IMG/VR virus record: IMGVR_UViG_3300000117_000007
Direction: 5' to 3' (one strand)
DNA from: a virus
DNA: 64,000 nt
Position numbers and translations under genes: made by a program. The first letter of the stretch is position 1; each line of letters opens with the position of its first letter. This document shows, piece after piece, positions 29,936 to 38,954 of the stretch. The notes beneath the pieces were generated by a model. The model saw only the letters and a program-made list of their open reading frames with translations, was not told where the DNA came from and did no database searches.

Positions 29936-30196
29936 ATGGCAACACAAAACTCATTTGTTATTGAATACGGACTCACAGTAGGGTCCACTGAAGTAATCAA
30001 CTCCTCAGGTAAAATCATAGCAAGTGCATTGTCAAATATTGACGCCGATGATATTTCCGAAGGATCAACGAATACATACTTCACAAACGCAAAGGCAAGA
30101 GGTGCTATAAGTTTAGCATCAGGCGAAACAAATTTAAACTACAATTCTACCACTGGAGAATTTTCATTACCAACAGTTGACGGAGGAACCATTTAA
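29936..30196 (+). CDS. Small fibre protein ending in DGGTI
   Basis: One EGSTNTYFT repeat; N-terminus paralogous to the next gene. Confidence 0.65.
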   Translation: MATQNSFVIEYGLTVGSTEVINSSGKIIASALSNIDADDISEGSTNTYFTNAKARGAISLASGETNLNYNSTTGEFSLPTVDGGTI

Positions 30197-32061
30197 TGTC
30201 AAGCAAAAATTTTATAATCAAAAATGGACTTTCAGTTGGAAGTAATGAGGTAATCGACAGTAATGGTAATATTGTAGCAAGTAACCTGAGTGAAACAATT
30301 GACGATAGAGTCAATACACTTTTAACAGCAGGTTCAGGAATCTCATTGTCATATAATGACAGTGCAAATACTTTAACAATTACAGGTAATGTCGGAGACA
30401 TCACAGGAGTTAACGCAGGTGCTGGTTTAACAGGAACTGCAACTTCAGGTGATGCAACACTAAACATTGGTGCTGGTACTGGTATCACTGTAAACGCAGA
30501 TGATATCGCAGTTAATATGTCTGCATTCGATACAGACAACCTTTCAGAAGGTTCTTCAAACTTATACTTTTCAAACGAGAGAGTTGATGATAGAGTAAAT
30601 GCATTAATCACAGCAGGTTCTAACATTACAACATCATATGATGATGCGGCAGGAACATTAACAATTAATGCTACTGAAGATAATCTTTCTAATAATGATA
30701 CAGATGATTTAACAGAAGGTTCAACAAACTTGTATCATACGACAGCAAGAGCAAGAGCATCTATCAGTGCTGGTGGCGATCTAAGTTATAACTCTTCAAC
30801 AGGTGTCATCTCATTTACAAACGATGCTGGTGATATATCATCAGTTGTTGCTGGAGATGGTTTAACAGGTGGTGGTACATCAGGAGATGTAACACTAAAC
30901 GTAGTTGCTGGTACAGGTATTACTGCAAATGCAAATGACATTGCAGTTAATATGGGTGCTTTTGATACAGACAATCTATCAGAAGGGTCATCTAATCTTT
31001 ACCACACTTCAGCAAGAGTAGATTCAAGAATTGCATTACAAGTCGGTGCTAATCTAAGTTTAGCAAATAAAGATACCGATGATCTAGGAGAAGGTTCAAG
31101 TAACCTTTATCATACAGCAGAAAGAGTTTCAGATGTTGTTGGTGCCATGGTATCATCTAACACTGAAAGTGGCATTAGTGTCACATATGACGATAATGAT
31201 AATACACTAGACTTTGCAGTAAGTCTATCACCATTTAGTACAACTAATTTATCTGAAGGTTCTAATCTATACTTTACTAACGCAAGAGCAGATGCTAGAG
31301 TTTCAGCAACTTTACCAGACACAGATTCATTAAGTGAAGGTTCAAGTAACCTTTACCACACTACAGCAAGAGTTAGAGGGGCAGTATCTGCCTCTGGAGA
31401 TTTATCTTATAACTCTTCTACTGGTGTATTCTCATACTCAGAACCTACAATGTATGCTGATTCAGATGCCAGAGGTGCTATCAGTGTAACAGATAGTGGT
31501 GGTGACGGATCGTTAACATACAATTCGGGTACAGGTGTTATCACATATAACGGACCAAGTTCATCTGAAGTAAGATCACACTTCTCAGCAGGAACAGGGG
31601 TTGGATTATCAGGCGGTTCAATTAGTATCGGTCAGGCAGTTTCAACCAGCAGTAACGTAACTTTTAATGACTTAGTTGTTTCAGGTGACTTAACTGTTAA
31701 TGGTTCAACTTCAACAGTATCATCAACTAATACAACTATCGAAGATACGTTGTTAGAGTTAGGAACAGGAACTACTGGTAGTCCTTCAAATGATGCTGGT
31801 ATCGTCATCGAAAGAGGTGACGAGTCAAATGTCTTTATGGGATGGGACGATAGTGCAAGTAGATTTGTAGTTGCAACAACAACTGCAACTGGATCTTCTA
31901 CAGGTGCTTTATCGTTAACTGAGGCCAACTTTAGGGCATCTCAGATTACAACATCATACGCATCTAATAGTGGTGGTGTTGCAAGGAATGTGTATCAATC
32001 AACTTCTGCTCCAACTGGTTCAGACGGTGCAGTTGGTGATATGTGGATTACATATTCTTAA
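30196..32061 (+). CDS. Tail fibre-like protein with TDxLSEGSSNLY repeats
   Basis: Repeats shared with 19882-21873; C-terminal SAPTGSDGAVGDMWITYS. Confidence 0.75.
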   Translation: MSSKNFIIKNGLSVGSNEVIDSNGNIVASNLSETIDDRVNTLLTAGSGISLSYNDSANTLTITGNVGDITGVNAGAGLTGTATSGDATLNIGAGTGITVNADDIAVNMSAFDTDNLSEGSSNLYFSNERVDDRVNALITAGSNITTSYDDAAGTLTINATEDNLSNNDTDDLTEGSTNLYHTTARARASISAGGDLSYNSSTGVISFTNDAGDISSVVAGDGLTGGGTSGDVTLNVVAGTGITANANDIAVNMGAFDTDNLSEGSSNLYHTSARVDSRIALQVGANLSLANKDTDDLGEGSSNLYHTAERVSDVVGAMVSSNTESGISVTYDDNDNTLDFAVSLSPFSTTNLSEGSNLYFTNARADARVSATLPDTDSLSEGSSNLYHTTARVRGAVSASGDLSYNSSTGVFSYSEPTMYADSDARGAISVTDSGGDGSLTYNSGTGVITYNGPSSSEVRSHFSAGTGVGLSGGSISIGQAVSTSSNVTFNDLVVSGDLTVNGSTSTVSSTNTTIEDTLLELGTGTTGSPSNDAGIVIERGDESNVFMGWDDSASRFVVATTTATGSSTGALSLTEANFRASQITTSYASNSGGVARNVYQSTSAPTGSDGAVGDMWITYS

Positions 32062-32088
32062 TTGATTTATAACAGGAAAAATTTGTAA

Positions 32089-33846
32089 ATGGCGTCAGGC
32101 AATCAGAAAATAAAAACCCCTTCGGGTTGGAATAGCACAAGAGGTGCTTGGGTAAAGACTGGTGGTACAACTTGGAAGTCAGTAGATCAAATCTATGTCA
32201 AGACTCCTACAGGTTGGAACGATGCATCTGGTCAAGAGAACGCACAGCAACCATATCCTTATATTGCCAATGCTCAAAATCCTGTTATAAGACAACAAGT
32301 ACAACCATATCCGTACATTGCAAATGCTCAAAATCCGGTTATAAGACAGCAAACGCAACCGTATCCTTACATTGCGAATGCACAGAATCCGTTCATACGT
32401 CAACAGACACAACCTTATCCTTATATTGCGAATGCACAGAATCCATTTATAAGAAATAGACAAACGCCGTTTACGTATCAGTATCAGTCCCCAAGTACAT
32501 ATGCTACTCAAGGAAATACACAGGTACCTTATGATCATCAATCACCATTTACTTACGAAACGCAAGGGTCGACAAGAGGTAATACTCAAACACCATTTAC
32601 TTACCCATACATTCAACCACTGATCGGGAATACTCAAGAGTCAAACTCGTATATACATCAGGTTGCAACTACTGGTAATACAAGATCACCATTTACATAT
32701 GCATATCAAGTAGATGCTAGAGGCAATACACAAGAACCGAATATCTATAATTATCAAGTAACAACTACTGGTAATACAAGATCGCCGTTTACATACGCAT
32801 ACCAAGTTGATGCTAGAGGTAGTACACAAGAACCGAATACTTACATCTATCAAGTATCAACTACTGGTCAGACAAGGTCACCATTTACTTACCCTTTCAT
32901 TGCTAACGCAACAGGGAATACTCAGGAACCTAATACATATTCATATGGTGTTCCTAATATTGGTAATACAAGATCACCATTTACATACGCATTCCAAGTA
33001 GATGCACAAGGTGTAACTGCTGGAGTTACTAGATCACCATTTACATATGCATATCAAGTAGATGCTAGAGGAAGTACGCAACAACCTAATACATATAATA
33101 TACAAACAGCAACGATTGGTCAGACAAGGTCACCATTCACGTATGCATATCAAGTAGATGCTAGAGGAAGTACTCAGCAACCTAATACTTACATTTATCA
33201 AGTTACTACAACTGGTAATACAAGATCACCATTCACGTATGCATATCAAGTAGATGCTAGAGGAAGTACTCAACAACCAAACACTTACCCATTTACTGTA
33301 AATGCTAATGGGTCAACTAGATCGCCATTTACTTACCCTTATATCGCCAATGCTACTGGTAATACTAGATCACCATTTACGTACCCTTACATAGCAAACG
33401 CAACAGGGAATACTAGATCACCATTTAGATACCCTTATATACAACCTTTAATTGGGAACACCACAGGAAATACTACGGGTAACACAAGAGTTAATGCACA
33501 GGAACCTAATACAACACCTACAACATATCCGTATACAGTAAATGCTCAAGAACCAAACAGAACACCTACAACATATCCGTATACAGTAAATGCACAGCAA
33601 CCAGTGCCATATCCGTTTACATACCCATACACAGTAAACGCAACAGGGAATTCACGAAATCCATTTACATACCCGTATACAGTCAATGCAACAGGGAATT
33701 CAATCGGTAGTACAAGATCACCATACAGATTCCCATTTAGAACACCGACTAGAGTACCATGGAGAGTCACAGCACAGCAACCCAGTCAGGGAAGATTCCC
33801 ATTCTTCTTTAGTCCAGGAGGAGGTTTACCACAATTCTTAAAATAA
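32089..33846 (+). CDS. Zipper fibre chain C: N-terminal Trp-containing beta domain plus ~515-aa repeat strand
   Basis: KTPSGW..WVKTGG..YVKTPTGW, then 18-aa and 16-aa repeats complementary to 33866-35488. Confidence 0.72.
   Translation: MASGNQKIKTPSGWNSTRGAWVKTGGTTWKSVDQIYVKTPTGWNDASGQENAQQPYPYIANAQNPVIRQQVQPYPYIANAQNPVIRQQTQPYPYIANAQNPFIRQQTQPYPYIANAQNPFIRNRQTPFTYQYQSPSTYATQGNTQVPYDHQSPFTYETQGSTRGNTQTPFTYPYIQPLIGNTQESNSYIHQVATTGNTRSPFTYAYQVDARGNTQEPNIYNYQVTTTGNTRSPFTYAYQVDARGSTQEPNTYIYQVSTTGQTRSPFTYPFIANATGNTQEPNTYSYGVPNIGNTRSPFTYAFQVDAQGVTAGVTRSPFTYAYQVDARGSTQQPNTYNIQTATIGQTRSPFTYAYQVDARGSTQQPNTYIYQVTTTGNTRSPFTYAYQVDARGSTQQPNTYPFTVNANGSTRSPFTYPYIANATGNTRSPFTYPYIANATGNTRSPFRYPYIQPLIGNTTGNTTGNTRVNAQEPNTTPTTYPYTVNAQEPNRTPTTYPYTVNAQQPVPYPFTYPYTVNATGNSRNPFTYPYTVNATGNSIGSTRSPYRFPFRTPTRVPWRVTAQQPSQGRFPFFFSPGGGLPQFLK
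32251..32466 (+). repeat. 4 x 54-bp tandem repeat encoding PYPYIANAQNP(V/F)IRQQTQ
   Basis: Visible in DNA and translation. Confidence 0.9.
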
Positions 33847-33865
33847 GAATTAAGGAAAAGTAATT

Positions 33866-35488
33866 ATGGCACAAGGACCTTATCAATATAGAGCAACAGT
33901 TAGAAGTCCAACAGACTACCCTGTGTTTATCAATGCACAAGGGAGTGCCCAACAACCGAATGGATATCCGTTCACTTACCCGTATATTGCTAACGCAACA
34001 GGGAACAGTAGACAACCATTCACTTACCCATATATTGCTAACGCAACAGGGAGTACAATTGGTGCTACTAGATCCCCTTACATAGCAAACGCAACTGGTA
34101 ATACAAGGGTACCATTTAGATCCCCTTACATAGCAAACGCAACTGGTAACACGATTGTACCATTTAGGTCGCCATATAGACAACCTACTACTTATCCATT
34201 TACTTATCCGTTTACATATGCGTATCAAGTAGATGCTAGAGGTAGTACACAGCAACCTAATACTTACCCATTTACTGTAAATGCTACAGGGAGCACACAG
34301 CAACCTAACACTTACCCATTTACTGTAAATGCTACAGGGAATACTCAAGAACCAAATATTTACCCTTATATCGCCAATGCTACTGGTAATACTAGATCAC
34401 CATTTAGATATCCGTATATTCAACCGTTAATCGGGAATACACAAGAACCAAATACGTATATCTTCCAAACAGCAACAATTGGTAATACTAGATCGCCGTT
34501 TAGATACCCATATATTCAACCTCTAATCGGGAATACACAAGAACCTAATACTTACATATATCAGACACCAAGTATTGGTAACACTAGATCACCATTTAGA
34601 TACCCTTACATTCAACCTCTAATCGGGAATACACAAGAGGCAAATCCGTATGCATTTAGATATCCGTATATTCAACCACTAATTGGGAATACGCAAGAAC
34701 CTAACACATACTCATTCCAAGTTACAACTATTGGTAATACTAGATCGCCTTTCACTTACCCATATACAGTGAATGCTACAGGGAATACTCAGGAACCAAA
34801 TACGTATATCTATCAAACAGCAACGATTGGTAACACTAGATCGCCGTTTAGATACCCATATATACAACCTCTGATTGGGAATACACAAGAACCTAACACA
34901 TATATTTTCCAGTCACCAGCATCTGGTAGCACAAGATCGCCGTTTAGATATCCGTTTATTCAACCGTTGATCGGGTCTACTCAAGAACCTAATACTTACA
35001 TATATCAAGTTTCTACACCAGGTATAACTAGATCGCCATTTACATATGCGTATCAAGTAGATGCAACAGGTAACACTAGACAACCTAACAGATATCCATT
35101 TACATATCCGTACATTGCAACTGGTCAGCAACCTAATATTAGACAGCAGACACAACCGTATCCTTATATTGCTAACGCAGTGAATCCGTTCATTAGAGAT
35201 GCTAGACAACCAGCAACATATAATCACAGATCACCTAGCACTTACGCAACTCAAGGGAATACACAAGTGCCATATAATCATAGATCCCCAAGTACATATG
35301 CTACTCAAGGAAATACTCAAGTGCCTTATAACCATAGATCCCCAAGTACATATGCTACTCAAGGAACTACAAGGGTACCATACAGTCATAGATCCCCAAG
35401 TACATATGCAAGACAGGGTAGAAATCCTGTGATCAGATGGGATGGAGACTTAGATAACCAATGGCCAGGTTCTCCAATTACGTCATAA
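33866..35488 (+). CDS. Zipper fibre chain D: antiparallel complement of chain C
   Basis: SD AAGGA; complementary to chain C at i+j=574. Confidence 0.72.
   Translation: MAQGPYQYRATVRSPTDYPVFINAQGSAQQPNGYPFTYPYIANATGNSRQPFTYPYIANATGSTIGATRSPYIANATGNTRVPFRSPYIANATGNTIVPFRSPYRQPTTYPFTYPFTYAYQVDARGSTQQPNTYPFTVNATGSTQQPNTYPFTVNATGNTQEPNIYPYIANATGNTRSPFRYPYIQPLIGNTQEPNTYIFQTATIGNTRSPFRYPYIQPLIGNTQEPNTYIYQTPSIGNTRSPFRYPYIQPLIGNTQEANPYAFRYPYIQPLIGNTQEPNTYSFQVTTIGNTRSPFTYPYTVNATGNTQEPNTYIYQTATIGNTRSPFRYPYIQPLIGNTQEPNTYIFQSPASGSTRSPFRYPFIQPLIGSTQEPNTYIYQVSTPGITRSPFTYAYQVDATGNTRQPNRYPFTYPYIATGQQPNIRQQTQPYPYIANAVNPFIRDARQPATYNHRSPSTYATQGNTQVPYNHRSPSTYATQGNTQVPYNHRSPSTYATQGTTRVPYSHRSPSTYARQGRNPVIRWDGDLDNQWPGSPITS
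35219..35420 (+). repeat. About 4 x 54-bp tandem repeat encoding YNHRSPSTYATQGNTQVP
   Basis: Visible directly; mirrors the 4 x 18-aa block at the start of chain C. Confidence 0.9.
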
Positions 35489-35522
35489 ATACTTTTAGTA
35501 TTTAAAAACAATTAGTTATATT

Positions 35523-37103
35523 ATGAAACCAGATTACGAAACCACCCTTGCTCAATTAAAAGACCTAGACAAAGGCGATAAGACTTATGTACATCTAGGC
35601 AGTTTTGATGCTGATAAAGAGTATAAAGAAACAGATGCATATAAACTATTGAAGTATGTCTTTGAGAATAAATTAGATTCACTTAAACGTGTGAAATGGA
35701 AAGACATATCAAAACTGCAAAGTACTAGACTAGGCAAATTTGGCGATCAAATGAAATTGAATAGTTATGGTATGATGCAACATCAATCATATATCTACAA
35801 TCATTATCTTCCATTTGGTTACACACAAATAATGGATCCTGAAAGAAATATTAAGGGTCAGATGATTATGGATTTTATGAATCATGATGGAGAATATGAA
35901 AGTCTTGCTAAGTATTCTAACTTCGAAGGATTGACATGTGATCAAAATACAGACTATGTGAGAGATCAATTAGGAAGTTTCTATTATCATGCGGCCAAAG
36001 GTCACTGGTTAATTCACAATTTACAGAAAGAGGGATTGTGGTTTCCAATTCAAGGACAGATCAATAAGAATGGTGACAGTGCTAGTTTACAAATACACCC
36101 AGGTTCTATACGTACTCCAGTATTTGAGTTATTGAATGATGATAATTTAGAAGTTCTTTTATACAATGACAAAGATATGTTTCCAGATGTTGCACCATTA
36201 GAACTAGATGAATACTTAGAACAGATAATAGAAGAAGTAGATATTCATGGATCACATTCTAATATATCTTTTGCTTACAGTATGGGTTATATTGAAACTA
36301 ATTTAAGTCTTCAATCTAAAAGAGATTTCAGAAAAGAAGTATACGACTTCAATAAAAAAGTTAGTGAACAAGTTAAAGGTAAAAGAGTAACTATCTACAT
36401 TGGTTATGATAGTCGTCATTCTAATTTAGCAGAGCAAAGTAAAGCATTGATAGAAAGAATGATTGAAAAGAATACTTCATGTTTGGGTGGCGTAAACACG
36501 TCTGACCCAATCAAAGCAGTATCAGACTGGAAACCAGAAGTTAAACTTTTAGATATATCAAAAATACCAGAGTATACTAGAGAGTATGCTAATCAATCAA
36601 CAGAATTTACATATAGTAGATTTCTTATCCCTCATTTAGAAAATTATGAAGGGTATAGTATATTCGTAGACGATGACTACATCTTTAGAAAGTCTATACT
36701 ACCATTCTTTTTATTTTTAAATCCCGACGATGCAGTAGCATGTGTTCAATATGATTTTGATAATCATGGCGAGACAAAGTTTGATGGAGAAAAGAACGTT
36801 TCTTATCCTAAAAAACTATGGTCAAGTTTCATGGTATTCAATAACGGACACGAAGACTGTAAAAAACTAACACCAGAAACTGTAAACTCAGAATCTGGTA
36901 AGTATCTACATCAATTTGAGTGGACAGATAAGATCAGTAAAATACCAGACTTTCATTTTGTGACAGAAGGGTATGATCACTTAGATGATAAACCACAAGC
37001 ATTTGCGATACATTATACACGTGGTGGTCCATGGATAAAAGACATGGATACCAGCAACATAAATATGTTAAACATATATGATATGTTAACAGACACCGAT
37101 TAG
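35523..37103 (+). CDS. Two-domain protein: unknown N-terminal domain (possibly ParB/Srx-like) plus GT-A glycosyltransferase
   Basis: C-terminal half has IYIGYDSR, STEFTYSRFLIP, IFVDDD (DxD), YPKKLWSSFMVFN, IHYTRGGPW; CATAAATA at 35484. Confidence 0.75.
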   Translation: MKPDYETTLAQLKDLDKGDKTYVHLGSFDADKEYKETDAYKLLKYVFENKLDSLKRVKWKDISKLQSTRLGKFGDQMKLNSYGMMQHQSYIYNHYLPFGYTQIMDPERNIKGQMIMDFMNHDGEYESLAKYSNFEGLTCDQNTDYVRDQLGSFYYHAAKGHWLIHNLQKEGLWFPIQGQINKNGDSASLQIHPGSIRTPVFELLNDDNLEVLLYNDKDMFPDVAPLELDEYLEQIIEEVDIHGSHSNISFAYSMGYIETNLSLQSKRDFRKEVYDFNKKVSEQVKGKRVTIYIGYDSRHSNLAEQSKALIERMIEKNTSCLGGVNTSDPIKAVSDWKPEVKLLDISKIPEYTREYANQSTEFTYSRFLIPHLENYEGYSIFVDDDYIFRKSILPFFLFLNPDDAVACVQYDFDNHGETKFDGEKNVSYPKKLWSSFMVFNNGHEDCKKLTPETVNSESGKYLHQFEWTDKISKIPDFHFVTEGYDHLDDKPQAFAIHYTRGGPWIKDMDTSNINMLNIYDMLTDTD

Positions 37104-37107
37104 TCTA

Positions 37108-37136
37108 TTGACTAATCAATACATTTGGAGTATAAT
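37108..37136 (+). promoter_or_regulatory. Sigma70-type (early) promoter
   Basis: TTGACT-17 bp-TATAAT; the -35 is overlapped by an 8-bp inverted repeat at 37098-37117. Confidence 0.75.
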
Positions 37137-37145
37137 TAAAAGATT

Positions 37146-37697
37146 ATGAATATGTTTATATACGATGAAAATGGAAATCTAACTATTCGAAAAGAGAGTG
37201 GTTTAGAATACTCATTTGACAATACAGATAAACCAGTCCTTGGTTTTGACTACGATGTACTAATCTATGATGAAATAGAAGTTAAGATTACTAATTGGGA
37301 AGAGGGTAAACACTTTGACGATCAAGTCAAACAGAACCTAACTCCTGAAGAATGTGATTCTATTGAGTTGTATATTAAGAACTCAGAACCACCTATGGGG
37401 TTCTCATTGAATCAACAACTATCAGAGAGATTGAATATGGCATGTAAGGATTACATTGTCCAAGCAATTCAAGAATATGGTTTTACTGATTTAACAGAGA
37501 TCACTTATGCTGGTCGTGAAGGTTCAAATCACCCTCTAAGATCAGATGCTAGATATTGCTTAGATTATTGTGATACTGTTTGGGGTGTTTATATGAATAT
37601 TGTTGAAGAAATTAGAAACACTAGAGAAGATACACTAAAAAGTTTCGAAGAGTATCTTGCACCAATTCCTGGTGCTTCACGGAACTTAATGAGATAA
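37146..37697 (+). CDS. Hypothetical protein, possibly tail-fibre assembly chaperone-like
   Basis: C-terminal AIQEYGF..YAG..ARYCLDYCDTVW pattern recalls small fibre-associated phage proteins. Confidence 0.45.
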   Translation: MNMFIYDENGNLTIRKESGLEYSFDNTDKPVLGFDYDVLIYDEIEVKITNWEEGKHFDDQVKQNLTPEECDSIELYIKNSEPPMGFSLNQQLSERLNMACKDYIVQAIQEYGFTDLTEITYAGREGSNHPLRSDARYCLDYCDTVWGVYMNIVEEIRNTREDTLKSFEEYLAPIPGASRNLMR

Positions 37698-38398
37698 TGC
37701 AGTGTCGTCCGCTTGACGAACCTATCGAACAGTTAAGTGTTGAATATATAGATCAACCATTTCAAATATCAGAACTACCTTTAGATAGAGTATACGTCTT
37801 AGATAACTATTTGCCATTGACCGTATGGCGAAAGATGGATCAGTTATGTACAGATAATATGATCTGGTCTAAAACAAATCAAGTTGGTTCACAAAGTCCT
37901 ACAGGATTACCTTCTCATAGTTTTTGGGGTTCAAGTATTTTTCAAAAGAATAGACGACCTGATACTATCAATTCAGGCGTAATTCATTTCATGGATATCA
38001 TCGACAAGAAGATTCAAAATGATTTTGGATTTGAGTGGTTAAGATTTCAATATATGGGTTTAAATTCACAGACAGCAGGTTGTCATGGTACAACTCATTC
38101 AGATTGTGATAAAGATGATGTTTGGAATTTATCGTTTCTTTTTTACTATAATAGTTTTTGGAATCCAGCATGGGGTGGTAGTTTAAGATTTTATGACTCA
38201 CCTCAACAAGGATTAGATGGTCGTGATGAACACATAGAGAATCATCAACTCGCAGAAGTTGAATTCAAACCAAATAGATTGCTTATGTTTGATGGTAGAA
38301 TACCACACGGAGCAGATGCACCCAAAGAACGTGCCAGATATATGGACAGAAGGTCGTTAGTTTTGAGGGGCGATGAAGTAAAACTCACTCATGTATAA
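37697..38398 (+). CDS. 2OG-Fe(II) oxygenase (prolyl-hydroxylase-like)
   Basis: HSD...WGGSLRFY...FDGRIPH...R iron and 2OG motifs. Confidence 0.85.
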   Translation: MQCRPLDEPIEQLSVEYIDQPFQISELPLDRVYVLDNYLPLTVWRKMDQLCTDNMIWSKTNQVGSQSPTGLPSHSFWGSSIFQKNRRPDTINSGVIHFMDIIDKKIQNDFGFEWLRFQYMGLNSQTAGCHGTTHSDCDKDDVWNLSFLFYYNSFWNPAWGGSLRFYDSPQQGLDGRDEHIENHQLAEVEFKPNRLLMFDGRIPHGADAPKERARYMDRRSLVLRGDEVKLTHV

Positions 38399-38954
38399 AG
38401 TAGTAGACAGTCAGTTCATAATCGATAATCATGCAGAGTTAGAGTACACTGCAACACAAATATGTAAACAGTATATGCCCTTTCTAAGTCAAGATGAATA
38501 TGCAGGTACATTTAAAAAGGGTGGTGGAGACTATACAGAAAATCACGATACATATAATATATGGTCACTACTTAGAGATTTTAAAATTTGGCAACCAGTA
38601 TATGAAGAAGTCACTGATACTATAAAAAGTTGCTATGACGGTCCGAGTGATTATCTTTATCTAAAATCATGGATCAATTATAGTGAGGGTAAAGAGTTAT
38701 TAGGTTGGCATGGTCATAATTGTAAGTTACATGGATATGTTTCAATAACTCCTCATAAAACTACTACTGAGTTTGAAAGATTTGAAGTAGAAAATAAAAT
38801 CGGTAGAATTTATGTAGGACCAGGTATATATTTACATAGAGTAAATATTGTTAAACCATTTACAGGAAAAAGAATAACAATTGGTTTTGATGTATATGAC
38901 AACGTAGATCATTCTAGAAGACCGCTAAATACAATACCAATAAGAGTACACTAA
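38391..38954 (+). CDS. 2OG-Fe(II) oxygenase-like protein
   Basis: SWIN..WHGH...LHRV..RITIGFD. Confidence 0.7.
   Translation: MYKVVDSQFIIDNHAELEYTATQICKQYMPFLSQDEYAGTFKKGGGDYTENHDTYNIWSLLRDFKIWQPVYEEVTDTIKSCYDGPSDYLYLKSWINYSEGKELLGWHGHNCKLHGYVSITPHKTTTEFERFEVENKIGRIYVGPGIYLHRVNIVKPFTGKRITIGFDVYDNVDHSRRPLNTIPIRVH

Noticed and set aside
23500-33870. Stop read-through fusing A-B or C-D into single hairpin polypeptides
   Set aside because: The partners are in different frames (start offsets 1634 and 1777 nt), both start MAQ, and D has its own SD. A programmed frameshift is not excluded, but no slippery site is evident.
32251-35420. CRISPR array or non-coding repeat array
   Set aside because: Repeats are in frame (48/54 bp), vary mostly at third codon positions and have no unique spacers; no cas genes are present.
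32089-35488. DNA-level inverted repeat or sense/antisense coding as the cause of the C/D complementarity
   Set aside because: Spot checks show paired codons (e.g. GGT AAT ACT vs TTT ACT TAC) are not reverse complements. The DNA repeats are direct, and the symmetry exists only at the amino-acid level.
21875-35488. Diversity-generating retroelement acting on the fibre genes
   Set aside because: No reverse transcriptase is present in the window, and I saw no TR/VR pair differing only at adenines.
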